From positions 1 to 51,666 of the forward strand of contig JNEM01008698.1 in assembly GCA_000697335.1 (NCBI GenBank): a stretch of DNA of 51,666 bases, read 5' to 3'. The translations under genes and the position numbers were made by a program. Shown in pieces: positions 1-11,240 of the stretch (position 1 is the stretch's first letter; every line of letters begins with the position of its first letter). Source of the stretch: Conidiobolus incongruus B7586. Lineage: Eukaryota. The notes under the pieces were generated by a model. The model did not search any database, was not told where the DNA came from, and worked only from the letters and a program-made list of their open reading frames with translations.

Positions 1-632
1 AATTTATTTTTATATTATTATATATATTATTCATATATATTTAAGAATTATTAAAAATAATATATACCTAAAGAAATAATAATAAAGTCATTATATTAAT
101 ATATATTTTTATTCAAATAATTTAGCAAAATTAAATTATATTTCAATTTTTTTTGAATTTAAAGTAATTAATCAATTAATTAAAGAATTAATAAATCATA
201 ATTTATATATTAAATACTTAGATTTATCAAGTGTTAAAATTTATAATATTTTGATTTACACAAAAATTTTCATATTGATAATTCAATTGAGAATTTTTAA
301 ATAATACCAATATAAATGACAAATATCAAAATAATATAATATTAAAGACTATAACATTCAATATTTATTAAAAATCTATTATTAAATTGAAACTATAATT
401 AGGAAAATAATTGAATAAATTATATATTATTATAATTATTATTATTAATTTTAAATGAAATTTAAGATATAATTAAAAACATTTTATTAGTTAAAATGGA
501 TAAATAAATTAAATTTTATTAATTTAAAATATTAGGATAGATAAAAATATCAAAAATATTAAATGTTTGGATAGAATTAGTTAAAAAATAATATAATTGA
601 TCTAGTCAATATAGATCAAAACTTGGTTAATA

Positions 633-3620
633 TTAGCGGTTGGGAGGATAAGTATAAATTGTGGTAGTATGATGAGGATGACACTTATAAACAGTCACAG
701 TGGAGGGACGACATTTTTCAGGTGTGGTGGTGATGATAGGATAGCTATTAATAGTAGTAGTAGTTTTCACTGGATATCCAGAGGCGGTGGTAGTTCGAAT
801 AGGGAATCCAGTAGGAGTAGTGGTAGTAGCAACCGTATAAGGCATGGTAGTAGTGGTAGTCTTATAAGGTTTGGTAGTAATGTGGGTAGTAATGGCGGTT
901 TCATAGGACTTAGTAGTCGAAACAGTAGTTGTTATGTAAGGTTTAGAAGTGATAGTAATAATAGTTTCATATGGCTCAGTTGTAGTGTAGGATTTAGTAG
1001 TAGTGGAAGTGGTTTCATAGGGCTTGGTAGTGGTAGTAGTTGTCGTACAAGGTTCAGAAGTAGTAGTAGTAGTAGCATAAGGCTTAGTAGTGGTAGTAGT
1101 AGTATAAGGCTTGGTAGTGGTAGTAGTGGTCTCATAGGGCTTAGTAGTAGTAGTAGTATAGGGCTTGGTAGTCGAAGTAGTAGTTGTCGTGTAAGGTTCA
1201 GAAGTAGTAGTAGCATAAGGCCTAGTAGTGGTAGTTGTTGTGTAAGGTTTAGAAGTGGTGGTAGTAGTATAAGGCTTGGTAGTTGAGGTAGCAGTTGTCG
1301 TGTAAGGTTCAGTAGTATAGGGTTTGGTAATTGAGGTAATAGTAGAAGGCTTGGCAGTGGTAGTAGTTGTCGTGCAAGGTTCAGAAGTAGTAGTAATATA
1401 AGGCTTAGTAGTGGTAGTAGTATAAGGCTTGGTAGTGGTAGTAGTTGTCGTACAAGGTTCAGAAGTAGTAGTAGTAGTAGCATAAGGCTTAGTAGTGGTA
1501 GTAGTAGTATAAGGCTTGGTAGTGGTAGTAGTGGTCTCATAGGGCTTAGTAGTAGTAGTAGTATAGGGCTTGGTAGTCGAAGTAGTAGTTGTCGTGTAAG
1601 GTTCAGAAGTAGTAGTAGCATAAGGCCTAGTAGTGGTAGTTGTTGTGTAAGGTTTAGAAGTGGTGGTAGTAGTATAAGGCTTGGTAGTTGAGGTAGCAGT
1701 TGTCGTGTAAGGTTCAGTAGTATAGGGTTTGGTAATTGAGGTAATAGTAGAAGGCTTGGCAGTGGTAGTAGTTGTCGTGCAAGGTTCAGAAGTAGTAGTA
1801 ATATAAGGCTTAGTAGTGGTAGTAGTATAAGGCTTGGTAGTGGTAGTAGTTGTCGTACAAGGTTCAGAAGTAGTAGTAGTAGTAGCATAAGGCTTAGTAG
1901 TGGTAGTAGTAATATAAGGCTTAGTAGTGGTAGTAGTATAAGGCTTGGTAGTAGTAGTAGTAGTATAGGGCTTGGTAGTCGAAGTAGTAGTTGTCGTGTA
2001 AGGTTTAGAAGTAGTAGTATAGGGCTTGGTAGTGGTAGTAGTAGTAGTATGGGACTTGGTAGTCGAAGCAGTAGTTGTCGTGCAAGGTTCAGAAGTAGTA
2101 GTAGCATAAGGCCTAGTAGTGGTAGTTGTTGTATAAGGTTTAGAAGTGGTAGTAGTATAAGGCTTGGTAGTGGTAGTAGTTGTGGTGTAAGGTTTAGAAG
2201 TAGTGGTTTCATAGGGCTTAGTAGTGGTAGTAGTAATATAAGGCTTAGTAGTGGTAGTAGTATAAGGCTTGGTAGTAGTAGTAGTAGTATAGGGCTTGGT
2301 AGTCGAAGTAGTAGTTGTCGTGTAAGGTTTAGAAGTAGTAGTATAGGGCTTGGTAGTGGTAGTAGTAGTAGTATGGGACTTGGTAGTCGAAGCAGTAGTT
2401 GTCGTGCAAGGTTCAGAAGTAGTAGTAGCATAAGGCCTAGTAGTGGTAGTTGTTGTATAAGGTTTAGAAGTGGTAGTAGTATAAGGCTTGGTAGTGGTAG
2501 TAGTTGTGGTGTAAGGTTTAGAAGTAGTGGTTTCATAGGGCTTAGTAGTGGTAGTAGTAATATAAGGCTTAGTAGTGGTAGTAGTATAAGGCTTGGTAGT
2601 AGTAGTAGTAGTATAGGGCTTGGTAGTCGAAGTAGTAGTTGTCGTGTAAGGTTTAGAAGTAGTAGTATAGGGCTTGGTAGTGGTAGTAGTAGTAGTATGG
2701 GACTTGGTAGTCGAAGCAGTAGTTGTCGTGCAAGGTTCAGAAGTAGTAGTAGCATAAGGCCTAGTAGTGGTAGTTGTTGTATAAGGTTTAGAAGTGGTAG
2801 TAGTATAAGGCTTGGTAGTGGTAGTAGTTGTGGTGTAAGGTTTAGAAGTAGTGGTTTCATAGGGCTTAGTAGTGGTAGTAGTAGTGGTAGTATAGGGCTT
2901 GGTAGTCGAAGTAATAGTTGTCGTGTAAGGTTCAGAAGTAGTAGCATAAGGCTTAGTAGTGGTAGTAGTTATATAAGGTCTAGAAGTGGTGGTAGTAGTA
3001 GTTGTCGTGTAAGGTTTAGAAGTAGTAGTATAGGGCTTAGTAGTGGTAGTTGTTGCGTAAGGTTTAGAAGTGGTAGTAGTAGTATAAGGCTTGGTAGTGG
3101 TAGTAGTAGTAGTATAGGACTTGGTAGTCGAAGTAGTAGTTGTCGTACAAGGTTCAGAAGTAGTAGTAGTATAAGGCTTGGTAAGGGTAGTAGTGGTTTC
3201 ATAGGGCTTGGTAGTGATAGTCTTATAAGGTTTGGTTGTCGTAGTGGTAGTAGTAGTTCTGACTGGATATCCTGGCTGAGTTGTAATTGTCTGGTAAGGT
3301 CTAGTGGTAGTGGTGGTTTCATATTGATTTGTAGTAGTTCTATATGATCCTCTAGTCGTGGTAGTTCTTATTGGATAATGATCATAGGTCGAAGTAGAGG
3401 GTTTATTCCAAGGCCAAGGCCATCCAAATCTCTGATATTCAACTTCATCACCAGAATAATAATTTGGACGAATTTCTTCATTATTTTCCAAAATTTCATC
3501 ATATTTTTTTTGTAAAATATTCAAATTAACATTTCCATCAGATTTATCAACAATAGCGTTACTTGCAACACTTTTGTGAGCTATCAATGCCACCAGCAAA
3601 ATTTGATTCAATCGGACCAT
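633..3620 (-). CDS. Secreted mucin-like Thr-rich repeat protein (~995 aa; (T)n-KPY / SEPC repeats)
   Basis: Single exon. True ATG at 3620 (the ORF track starts at an upstream TTG). N-terminus MVRLNQILLVALIAHKSVASNA looks like a signal peptide. About 850 aa of TTTTKPY/TTSEPC repeats follow, with no C-terminal hydrophobic GPI signal. TATATAAA on the minus strand at 3703-3710. Confidence 0.85.
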   Translation of the reverse strand: MVRLNQILLVALIAHKSVASNAIVDKSDGNVNLNILQKKYDEILENNEEIRPNYYSGDEVEYQRFGWPWPWNKPSTSTYDHYPIRTTTTRGSYRTTTNQYETTTTTRPYQTITTQPGYPVRTTTTTTTTKPYKTITTKPYETTTTLTKPYTTTTSEPCTTTTTSTTKSYTTTTTTTKPYTTTTTSKPYATTTTTKPYTTTSKPYTTTTTTTTSRPYITTTTTKPYATTSEPYTTTITSTTKPYTTTTTTTTKPYETTTSKPYTTTTTTTKPYTTTTSKPYTTTTTTRPYATTTSEPCTTTTASTTKSHTTTTTTTKPYTTTSKPYTTTTTSTTKPYTTTTTTKPYTTTTTKPYITTTTTKPYETTTSKPYTTTTTTTKPYTTTTSKPYTTTTTTRPYATTTSEPCTTTTASTTKSHTTTTTTTKPYTTTSKPYTTTTTSTTKPYTTTTTTKPYTTTTTKPYITTTTTKPYETTTSKPYTTTTTTTKPYTTTTSKPYTTTTTTRPYATTTSEPCTTTTASTTKSHTTTTTTTKPYTTTSKPYTTTTTSTTKPYTTTTTTKPYTTTTTKPYITTTTTKPYATTTTTSEPCTTTTTTTKPYTTTTTKPYITTTSEPCTTTTTTAKPSTITSITKPYTTEPYTTTATSTTKPYTTTTTSKPYTTTTTTRPYATTTSEPYTTTTTSTTKPYTTTTTKPYETTTTTTKPYTTTTTTKPYATTTTTSEPCTTTTTTTKPYTTTTTKPYITTTSEPCTTTTTTAKPSTITSITKPYTTEPYTTTATSTTKPYTTTTTSKPYTTTTTTRPYATTTSEPYTTTTTSTTKPYTTTTTKPYETTTTTTKPYTTTTTTKPYATTTTTSEPCTTTTTTTKPYETTSTTTKSYTTTEPYETIITITSKPYITTTVSTTKSYETAITTHITTKPYKTTTTTMPYTVATTTTPTGFPIRTTTASGYPVKTTTTINSYPIITTTPEKCRPSTVTVYKCHPHHTTTIYTYPPNR
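1020..1910. repeat. 405-bp (135-codon) tandem repeat, ~2.2 near-identical copies, inside the mucin CDS
   Basis: Marker tgtcgtacaaggttcagaag recurs at 1041, 1446 and 1851, spaced exactly 405 bp apart. Confidence 0.9.
1890..2880. repeat. 324-bp (108-codon) tandem repeat, ~3 near-identical copies, inside the mucin CDS
   Basis: Marker gggacttggtagtcgaagcag recurs at 2051, 2375 and 2699, spaced exactly 324 bp apart. Confidence 0.9.
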
Positions 3621-6049
3621 GCTGAAAAGATAATTGAGATTAGGCTTAGACAATTGATTATCCAAATGTGACTTGACCTACAGACCAGATACACCTTTCA
3701 TATTTATATAATCTGTTTTATTACTTTGATTAGACCATTTAAAAAGCACTATAATTAATGATCATGATGAAAAACCTGATCTTTAGTCATATTCATTAAT
3801 TCGCAGGATTTCTTATATATCCATATATAAAAATGCTATTTAAATTAATCTTCTGTTCATCCTAATTCAAATTGAGTTGAGGAAAATCGATGGTTCTCAT
3901 AATCTAAATTTAATTCATATTTCAATTAATCAATGTCAGAAATTAGCTTTAGTAAGTGCAAATCTTAATCAATACCTCTGCAGCACTTATATGAATTACA
4001 AGTGATAAAAGAGATTAACGATGCTATTTAACCCTTCAAGATTAAATCTATATTAATCAATAATATATCTATTAAAATAATGATTATTAAAAATCATCAG
4101 TCATAGCTCGCTGATGTTAACATTTATTCATATATTCAAATGCACTCTTAAAAATTTGCCAATATAATAATTTTTTTTCAAAAAATTTTTAATTAATTTA
4201 AATTAAGTAATAAATAATTTTTGAGGCTTTTTGAATAATATTCCAGGAGTTTAGTAAATTACTCAAATCATCAAATATCCACTAAAAAGGATTTCAGCAC
4301 TATTAAAATTTAAGTTATATTTTTTTTTCATATTTTACTAAATATCAACAATATTAGTTTGAAATATAAGGAGTGATATATGGATCATTAATATTAATAA
4401 ACTAATATTTTTAACATCTATAGTAATAAAATACTCTAAAAACCTATTATCATTTATGCTCTTTATATAATATTAAAATAATGAGTTATAATAATATTTT
4501 AAATTAGCATTAGATTCCATTTTTTAAGTAAATAATCTAAATGAAGTGGTAATAATGTAATTTTTATTACTTTATTCTTTTATTTTATATTAAACAGAAT
4601 TTTATAATATGTCTTATCACATATTTTTGTTCAATTATAAAGTATATTTTAATAATCTTTGAATTTTTAACAAAGTAGTGGATTTATCCCTGATAGGAGA
4701 ACTAAATGGATCTAAAAATTTGTGGCAATTATCACTTTCCAGTAATTATCCAAATTCTAATACTAATAAAAATTATAAAATATTTAAGCATTTGAACTTT
4801 TATGATATAAAATTTAAATATAATATCTTAAATCTAATTAGTAATAGTTTGTATTGTTAAACTTTATATTACATAAATGCTAATATGAATCATGGCGTAG
4901 TATAATCAATTAAATTTATCAACTTATATTCTATTAATAACTATATGCTATCTTTAGATAACTATCATCAGTATATACTATAATAATATTAAAAACAATT
5001 GATGATTTTATCTAAACTTAATACTTGTTTTGAGCCAACATTTATGAATATAATCTGAACATCATTTGTATTAAAATATTAGGATGACTAATTTATTTAA
5101 TAAAAAATATATAATTTCAATTAAAATTACTTAATGATATTTGAGTTAATAATTATAATAATTAATTTAAATATAATGATATATAAATTTATCAATGATA
5201 TCAATAATCTTTATAAAATCATTATGGCCTTTAAAAGTGATTGGCAATAAGCTTTAGTATTAATGGATTAGTGTTAATATAGATATAGGAAAATCTATAG
5301 CCCTTGAAATAGTATATTGTTATTAAGCTATAATTTGAAATTGTTCATTAAAACTTAGAATTATATATTCTCATTCTAACAATATCATTAATATACGTAT
5401 AAAATTAACAACTTTAATTTGGAAATATTGTCACAATAATTAATTTCAAAACAAAAATAGATAATTCAAAAATTGAGTATTTTAATTTATAAAAAATATG
5501 ATAATATCATAATATTATAACATTATATGGATATATATTTAATTATTCATTATAGTTTAACCTCATAAACTCATAAATATTTATAAGATCCAATTTTTGA
5601 AAAGATACAATGTTTATTATTAAATTCCTATATTTTAATAATTGAATTTATTAATTATGAACCATATTATGCAAATAATTAATTTTAGTTCCACATTAGT
5701 ATTTCAATTTGGATATGATTAAATGAGAGCACGCGTTAATTTTTATTTGTGATAAAAAGCCACAAAATAAATTGATTTGATCATACTTACATCACTAATA
5801 AATATTTTTATTATTATTAACAATTAAATGATGTTCTCTTGAAACATTAAATTAATTTATGATTTGATCAATTAACAGTAATTAATGAATCATTCTTGCT
5901 CTAATGCTGTAAAAATATCATAAAAATTACCTATACATTTTAAAAAAGATAAAACTATTGGAATAGGAACTCTATATTAATACTATATACAACATACTAG
6001 GCGTATTATTGCAAGTTTTTATTATTCAATATATGCAAGGAAATATATA

Positions 6050-7660
6050 AAAGATCCTAATTGTGATATTTTCAATATAATAATTATGAATTAGGAACAA
6101 TTATTTAAAAAGTAAGATTTATTAATATTATTTTTAAATGAGATTAATTAAATTAGTTATCTCCGATAATGTATCAATAATTATTAAAATTATTAAAATT
6201 TTAATAATTCTGACTAATTATCTGTTCTTATCAAGTGCAAGCTTTAATTTATTATTTAGAATCTAAAGCATTTAAAAATTTGAAATTGTATTTCAAAATT
6301 GAATAATTGATGATTTAAGATTGTATTTAGTTTAATATGATTCCAATATATTATTAAAATTCGAATATTAGTACTAAAATCCTAACATTAGAAAATATTT
6401 GTTAATAATGAATTGTAATCCTTGTAAAACAGTAATTCCATTTTTAAATCATCGGATAAATTTATATTAGTAAATATTTTGAAAAGATATATGAATTATT
6501 TTATTTGTAAATATTATTGTTATTATTTTGTCGCCACTTCAATTGATTTTTATACCAATATTATTCTATTCAATTGGTATTAAAAGCCAATCTTTTAAGG
6601 TAATTATTATCTAATATTATTAATGATTCGAAGTGGAAGTTAAAATATTGTTAATATTATTGACACACTAATTCAAATTTAATAAAAACAATAACTAATA
6701 TTCAAATTACAAATTTATTTGAGCATTAATCTCAGACTTGATCTGGTTCAATAAATCAATAATATAATCAAAATAATAATTTAAGTCTAATTATTTCTTA
6801 AGCTTAAATTCTGTTTGAAATGCTTGAAAAAACATGATGAATAATTATATTACTCAATAATACACAATATTTCATAAGCCAAAATTAAATAAAATAATAT
6901 TATATTTAGTATAGTTTATTTATTATTACCTGCATAATTATTTTCAACTTTACAACAAGGTATGGTATAGTTTTTCAATTTCAAATAAATAATTTTAATC
7001 AAATTTGCTTCAACTTAACTAATCTTTATTGCAAAATAATATTTATAAATATCATCTAGACTATTCATCGGCATAAACGAATATTAATATAATTCTTGTT
7101 ATTAGGTGTTGTGCTTGTGCAGCTCTTATGAGTTCTTATAATCAAATGTAAAATAATACTAAGTTTTAATCAAATATTATCTGCATGTTGTTTATTTTAG
7201 TTAAATTGAACATAATTTGGAGAAATATTTCACCAATTATTATCTTATCTACTTGTATGCATAATACTGGTAAAACATTCAAAGTTGTGAATATTTAGGT
7301 CATTTTTACTAACTTCCTTGAAAATTAATGAAAATTTTTAATTATGATTCTTTTAGGTAAAATATGCTTTAAAGTTCTATTCGGCATAAAGATGAAATTA
7401 AATGGAAATGAGATTATAAGTATAGAGTTATATTAACAACAAATGGCATTTCAATGTTGAAAATTTGTCTTAATTCTTTATTACCTGGGTATAAAATATT
7501 TGAATTGATCTAAAAATATCCAAGATAACCAATAAATTTTTAATTAATCTTAATAATTTTTGTATACTTGAAAGTAATGAATTTTACAAAATTATCTTAC
7601 TTAATATCATCAATATATTTTAATTTTTTGATATTTACATAGACCATATTCAGCACTTAT
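6050..7660 (-). pseudogene. Probable decayed fungal transcription-factor (middle homology region-like) gene
   Basis: Fragments ELIRAAQAQHL (7103-7135) and CR*IV*MIF (~7050-7075) resemble the AxRxAxxLGL...RRRxWW pattern of fungal_TF_MHR domains. Many stops and frameshifts. Boundaries approximate. Confidence 0.3.
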
Positions 7661-8311
7661 TGAATGATACTATTAATTTTAATTATTAATCGATATATAA
7701 TTACACTATTTTTAAATTAATTTATATTATAAAAATATTAGTACATGTATGTATACGTTTTGGAAATTGATTATATTTTATAAATAAATATAATTTATTC
7801 AATTGTAGTTAATTTTCTTTATTTCAACGATTGCAATATTGAAATTTAGAACACATCAAATACATATATATATATATATGTATATCATTAGATTATACGG
7901 ATACTTCAACCATGATAAATTAATCTATTATAACTGTCTTGATAACTGTTTGGTATTGATTATTTTTCCTAATATTCACTCATTTACATTAAAATTATCT
8001 ATAAACCTTTTAACTAAAATCTTTTAGTTGTTTCATCTTTCTATTGTGATATTTACACTAGTTTTTAATTCTTAGTTTCTTATAATAGTTTAATATTTCA
8101 ATTAATGTAGACTTAAATAATTGATTTTATATTTGATAAAAAAATTTCCAAGATTAAATAATTGATTTGAGTGTAAAAGTAATGCCAATTTATAATTATT
8201 TTGAAATTGAGTTCCATCGCTCTTTATATATAAAAATATTATTATATCTACATAGATTATAATATAATATTTTGAAATAGCTTTAGTATTTATATCTCTA
8301 ATAAAATCTCA

Positions 8312-10586
8312 ATGGATCATATTATTCATACAATACTACATAACATCCAGGTAAATTATATTCAATTAAATTGCCAAATAAATATTCTATTCAGAACTAT
8401 AGCTCTAATAACAACATGTAGTCAATAAATTCAAAATTGAGGAGTTATAAATGAGGTGCATTGGCTTTCATTGTGACTATTACATCCATTGAATTTCTAG
8501 GTTCGGAATGATGGATGCAAGTGAATATGATGCAAAGAAGGAGCATGGTAGAGCAATCTAGTTTTAGCTTGGGTAGCGCGATTCAGCACATTACCTCAAG
8601 TTCCTAAGTAAAAATGAATCAGGAGAGCAACAATTTGCAGAATCTCGAAAGTTAATGACAAATTAATTGTGTTTAAAGAATATTACTATAACTTCACTTC
8701 TCATGAAAATTAATTGTTGGTATTATTACAATCAACACAATTATTTTTAGCCTTGCAAATTTACAATCATCAAATTCAAATATTCCTAAACAATAATTTT
8801 GTCCATAATTTCATATGAAATGATTATCCATTGTAATTATAAGTGCTTTTAGTCACATTAATTTTTTTTACTTTATTAAATAAAATTTCAGTTGAAAATT
8901 TTGGAACATTTATATCTAATGTGGTGGGGATAGAATAGTTTTTAGTTCTTTATTAGTGGAATTGTATCGAATCCTCCAAGGTATCTTCTATCAGATTGGA
9001 TAATCAAACCAGGGACTATTATCTGTTGAATCAGTGAGAATAGTGTTATTTTTAAAATAATTAAAATGACAACGTCTTCATATCTGGCGTTGAGGGAAAT
9101 ATTATATTTTTACCATTGTTTCAAATACGGATGAGCTATTTTTAGCTCAGTACAAAAATTAAGTAATGGCAAAATTTTAAAATTAAAATTAAATAAAATC
9201 ATTAATATATAATTTATGAAAAGTAATACTCAATATAAAATTAATACTTTCTTTTATTATTAATAATTTTTTACCATACTTTTAACAAGCTTTGAATTTA
9301 TAAATAGTTTTTTTACTAAAAATTAAAATTGAATATCTTATATATTAACTTAATTTAATTACAATAGTTTTTTTAAATATATTTTCCAATTTTTTAATAG
9401 TTATAACCACATAGGTTGTAATCTAGTGAATATATTAGATATGGTAGTTTTTTTAATTTTTTTACATAAAAACTTCAATAATTATAACTTTATATAATTA
9501 ATAATGATTATAAAAATAATATTTATATTTTATTTATATTAAAAATATTAATAAAAAATTATATTATTTTTCAAATAATATAAGTAATATTAATATAATA
9601 TTTTTCTATTACAATTAATATTCAGTATTGGATAAATATAGCCTAATACTTTGTTTTGTTTTTAAGTCATAAATTATAAAGATAGTTTAGAATTTATTAA
9701 CTTTAATAATTTATTATCAAAACTTTTTATTTTTAACTATATATTAATAAACTTTATTTAATTATAACTTTTTTTTAAAAATTTTGATAAATTGATAATA
9801 TTTATTTTTTATTTTAATTGATTTAAGTTTAATATCAATATATTTCATATATTAGTATAGCTAATATTAAATTACTTTATTGAAAATATAAAAGAGTTTT
9901 TTATTATTTTTTTATATTTTATTAATAAGTGAAAAAAAAACAAAAGATTAATTTTTTAAATTAATACAAATTTTAAATAATATCTTTTCTATCTTTAAAA
10001 TAGCAGTTTTGATAATAAAGGGTAGTTTTAAATAAAATATTATCTTTATAATTTCAAAAGGTTTATAATTAAATTTTAATAAAATTAAAATAAAAACTTT
10101 AAATAATTATTCTTTTATTTATATATAATTATATTCAATTTTAAATTTTTAATTAAAAATACATTAATAAAGCAATAGTTATAAATGATATATAAAAGTT
10201 AAAAATATTATCTCTCTTATATATTTTTATATAATTATTTTTTCAAAACTACCAATATATTTAAATAATACAAAATTAAAATTTTTCTATTTTTTATTTT
10301 TAAAACTAATGGTAATTAAATTATAAAATAATTGATTTAATTTGAGGCTAAAAAAGAATTTATATACTAATTTAATTATTATTCATTAATTTTCTGTCCT
10401 TTAAATTCTTAACTTGACAATATTATACAAATTTATTATAAATTATATTGAACTTTTATATGATAAATATGATTTTGATTATATTTGATATCAGTTGAAT
10501 TATAATAAAATAGAATTGTATTATTCTAAACAAGATAAAGAAGTTATTACTTTCACTTGAAAAATATATCAATGCCAGGTAATTAA
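8312..10586 (+). pseudogene. Pseudogene paralog of the downstream rhomboid gene, interrupted by mariner copy A
   Basis: Translated fragments align collinearly with the 13528 gene: YK*GALAFIVT vs FKWGALTFIGT; FSLGSAIQHI vs FSLGEEIQNI; SAFSH vs STFSH; PPRYLLSDWIIKPG vs APKHLLVGWLMKPG; NIIFLP identical. After the element, LI*G* vs LIRGW and LLYDKYDFDYI*YQLN vs LLYAKFGFDHIWYPLN. The catalytic GASG is lost, and there are stops and frameshifts. Confidence 0.9.
9147..10309 (-). mobile_element. Degenerate mariner-type (Tc1/mariner) DNA transposon, copy A
   Basis: Left end TCAGTACAAAAATTAAGTAATGGCAAAATTTT, with a degenerate inverted copy ending at 10309. Minus-strand relic LPYLIYSLDYNLCGY (~9404-9448) corresponds to the YSPD..D motif. 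Collinear with copies B, C and D. No TA duplication visible. Confidence 0.8.
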
Positions 10587-11240
10587 TAATTTTGCGTTTT
10601 TTGATTTTTTAATCTAATATAAATTTGGAATTCTTATATTTATTCTTTTAATCGTCATTTTGGTATTATATACTAGATTTAAGTCATGTCATTTTAATAT
10701 TTAAGAATATTTTCTTTACAAATAATCAAAAACAAATATTCAAGTTTGATATCCAAATCAATTTATATTGATAAATTAAATATTGATTAACAATCAAAGG
10801 AGGAATATCATTATATAATGATATTTATCTATAGTATGAAAAATGAATAATAGTCTGTCTCAGTTAATGGGTAAACTCGATATTAAATACGAATTGTATA
10901 ATAAATTGAATTAAGCTTTTTAAACACAAATATAGAATCATATATTTGGAATATTTATTAAAAATTATCAAAATTAATATTAACAATATATAGCATTATT
11001 TTTATTAATTGACTGATGTTATTAATAATCAACACGAATTTCATGTTTTTTTGAAACAACGGTAGAAGTCTGATCATGAAAATTAAAATAAATAATATAT
11101 AATCCTTTTTGTTATTATATATTTATATATTTGGTCAATATTATAGGTTGGTGTGTATTAAAAAAAGCACTGTTTATTTTTATATATTAGGTTTTATCAA
11201 AATATACTAACCAATATTTAGATTCATTTTTAAATAACTA

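Noticed and set aside
1..600. Extremely AT-rich start of the window as a fifth mariner copy
   Set aside because: I could not find the TIR or any transposase motif; it may be another decayed sequence but is unassignable.
1020..3200. Regular repeats superficially like a CRISPR array or satellite
   Set aside because: No unique spacers, unit lengths are multiples of three, and they lie inside a eukaryotic CDS.
669..3347. Long Ser/Gly-rich plus-strand ORFs and Leu-rich alternate-frame ORFs (669-1286, 2049-3347, 932-2947, 2969-3322)
   Set aside because: Shadow frames of the ACT/ACC Thr repeats; only the Thr-rich frame has a signal peptide and unique termini.
3765..3782. ATGATGA...CTGA box C/D-like pair upstream of the mucin gene
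   Set aside because: The boxes are only a few nucleotides apart, leaving no room for a snoRNA guide.
8440..8520. TGA at positions where the paralog has Trp, suggesting UGA=Trp recoding or a mitochondrial insert
   Set aside because: The same relic has TAA stops and frameshifts, and intact genes use TGG for Trp; these are G>A mutations.
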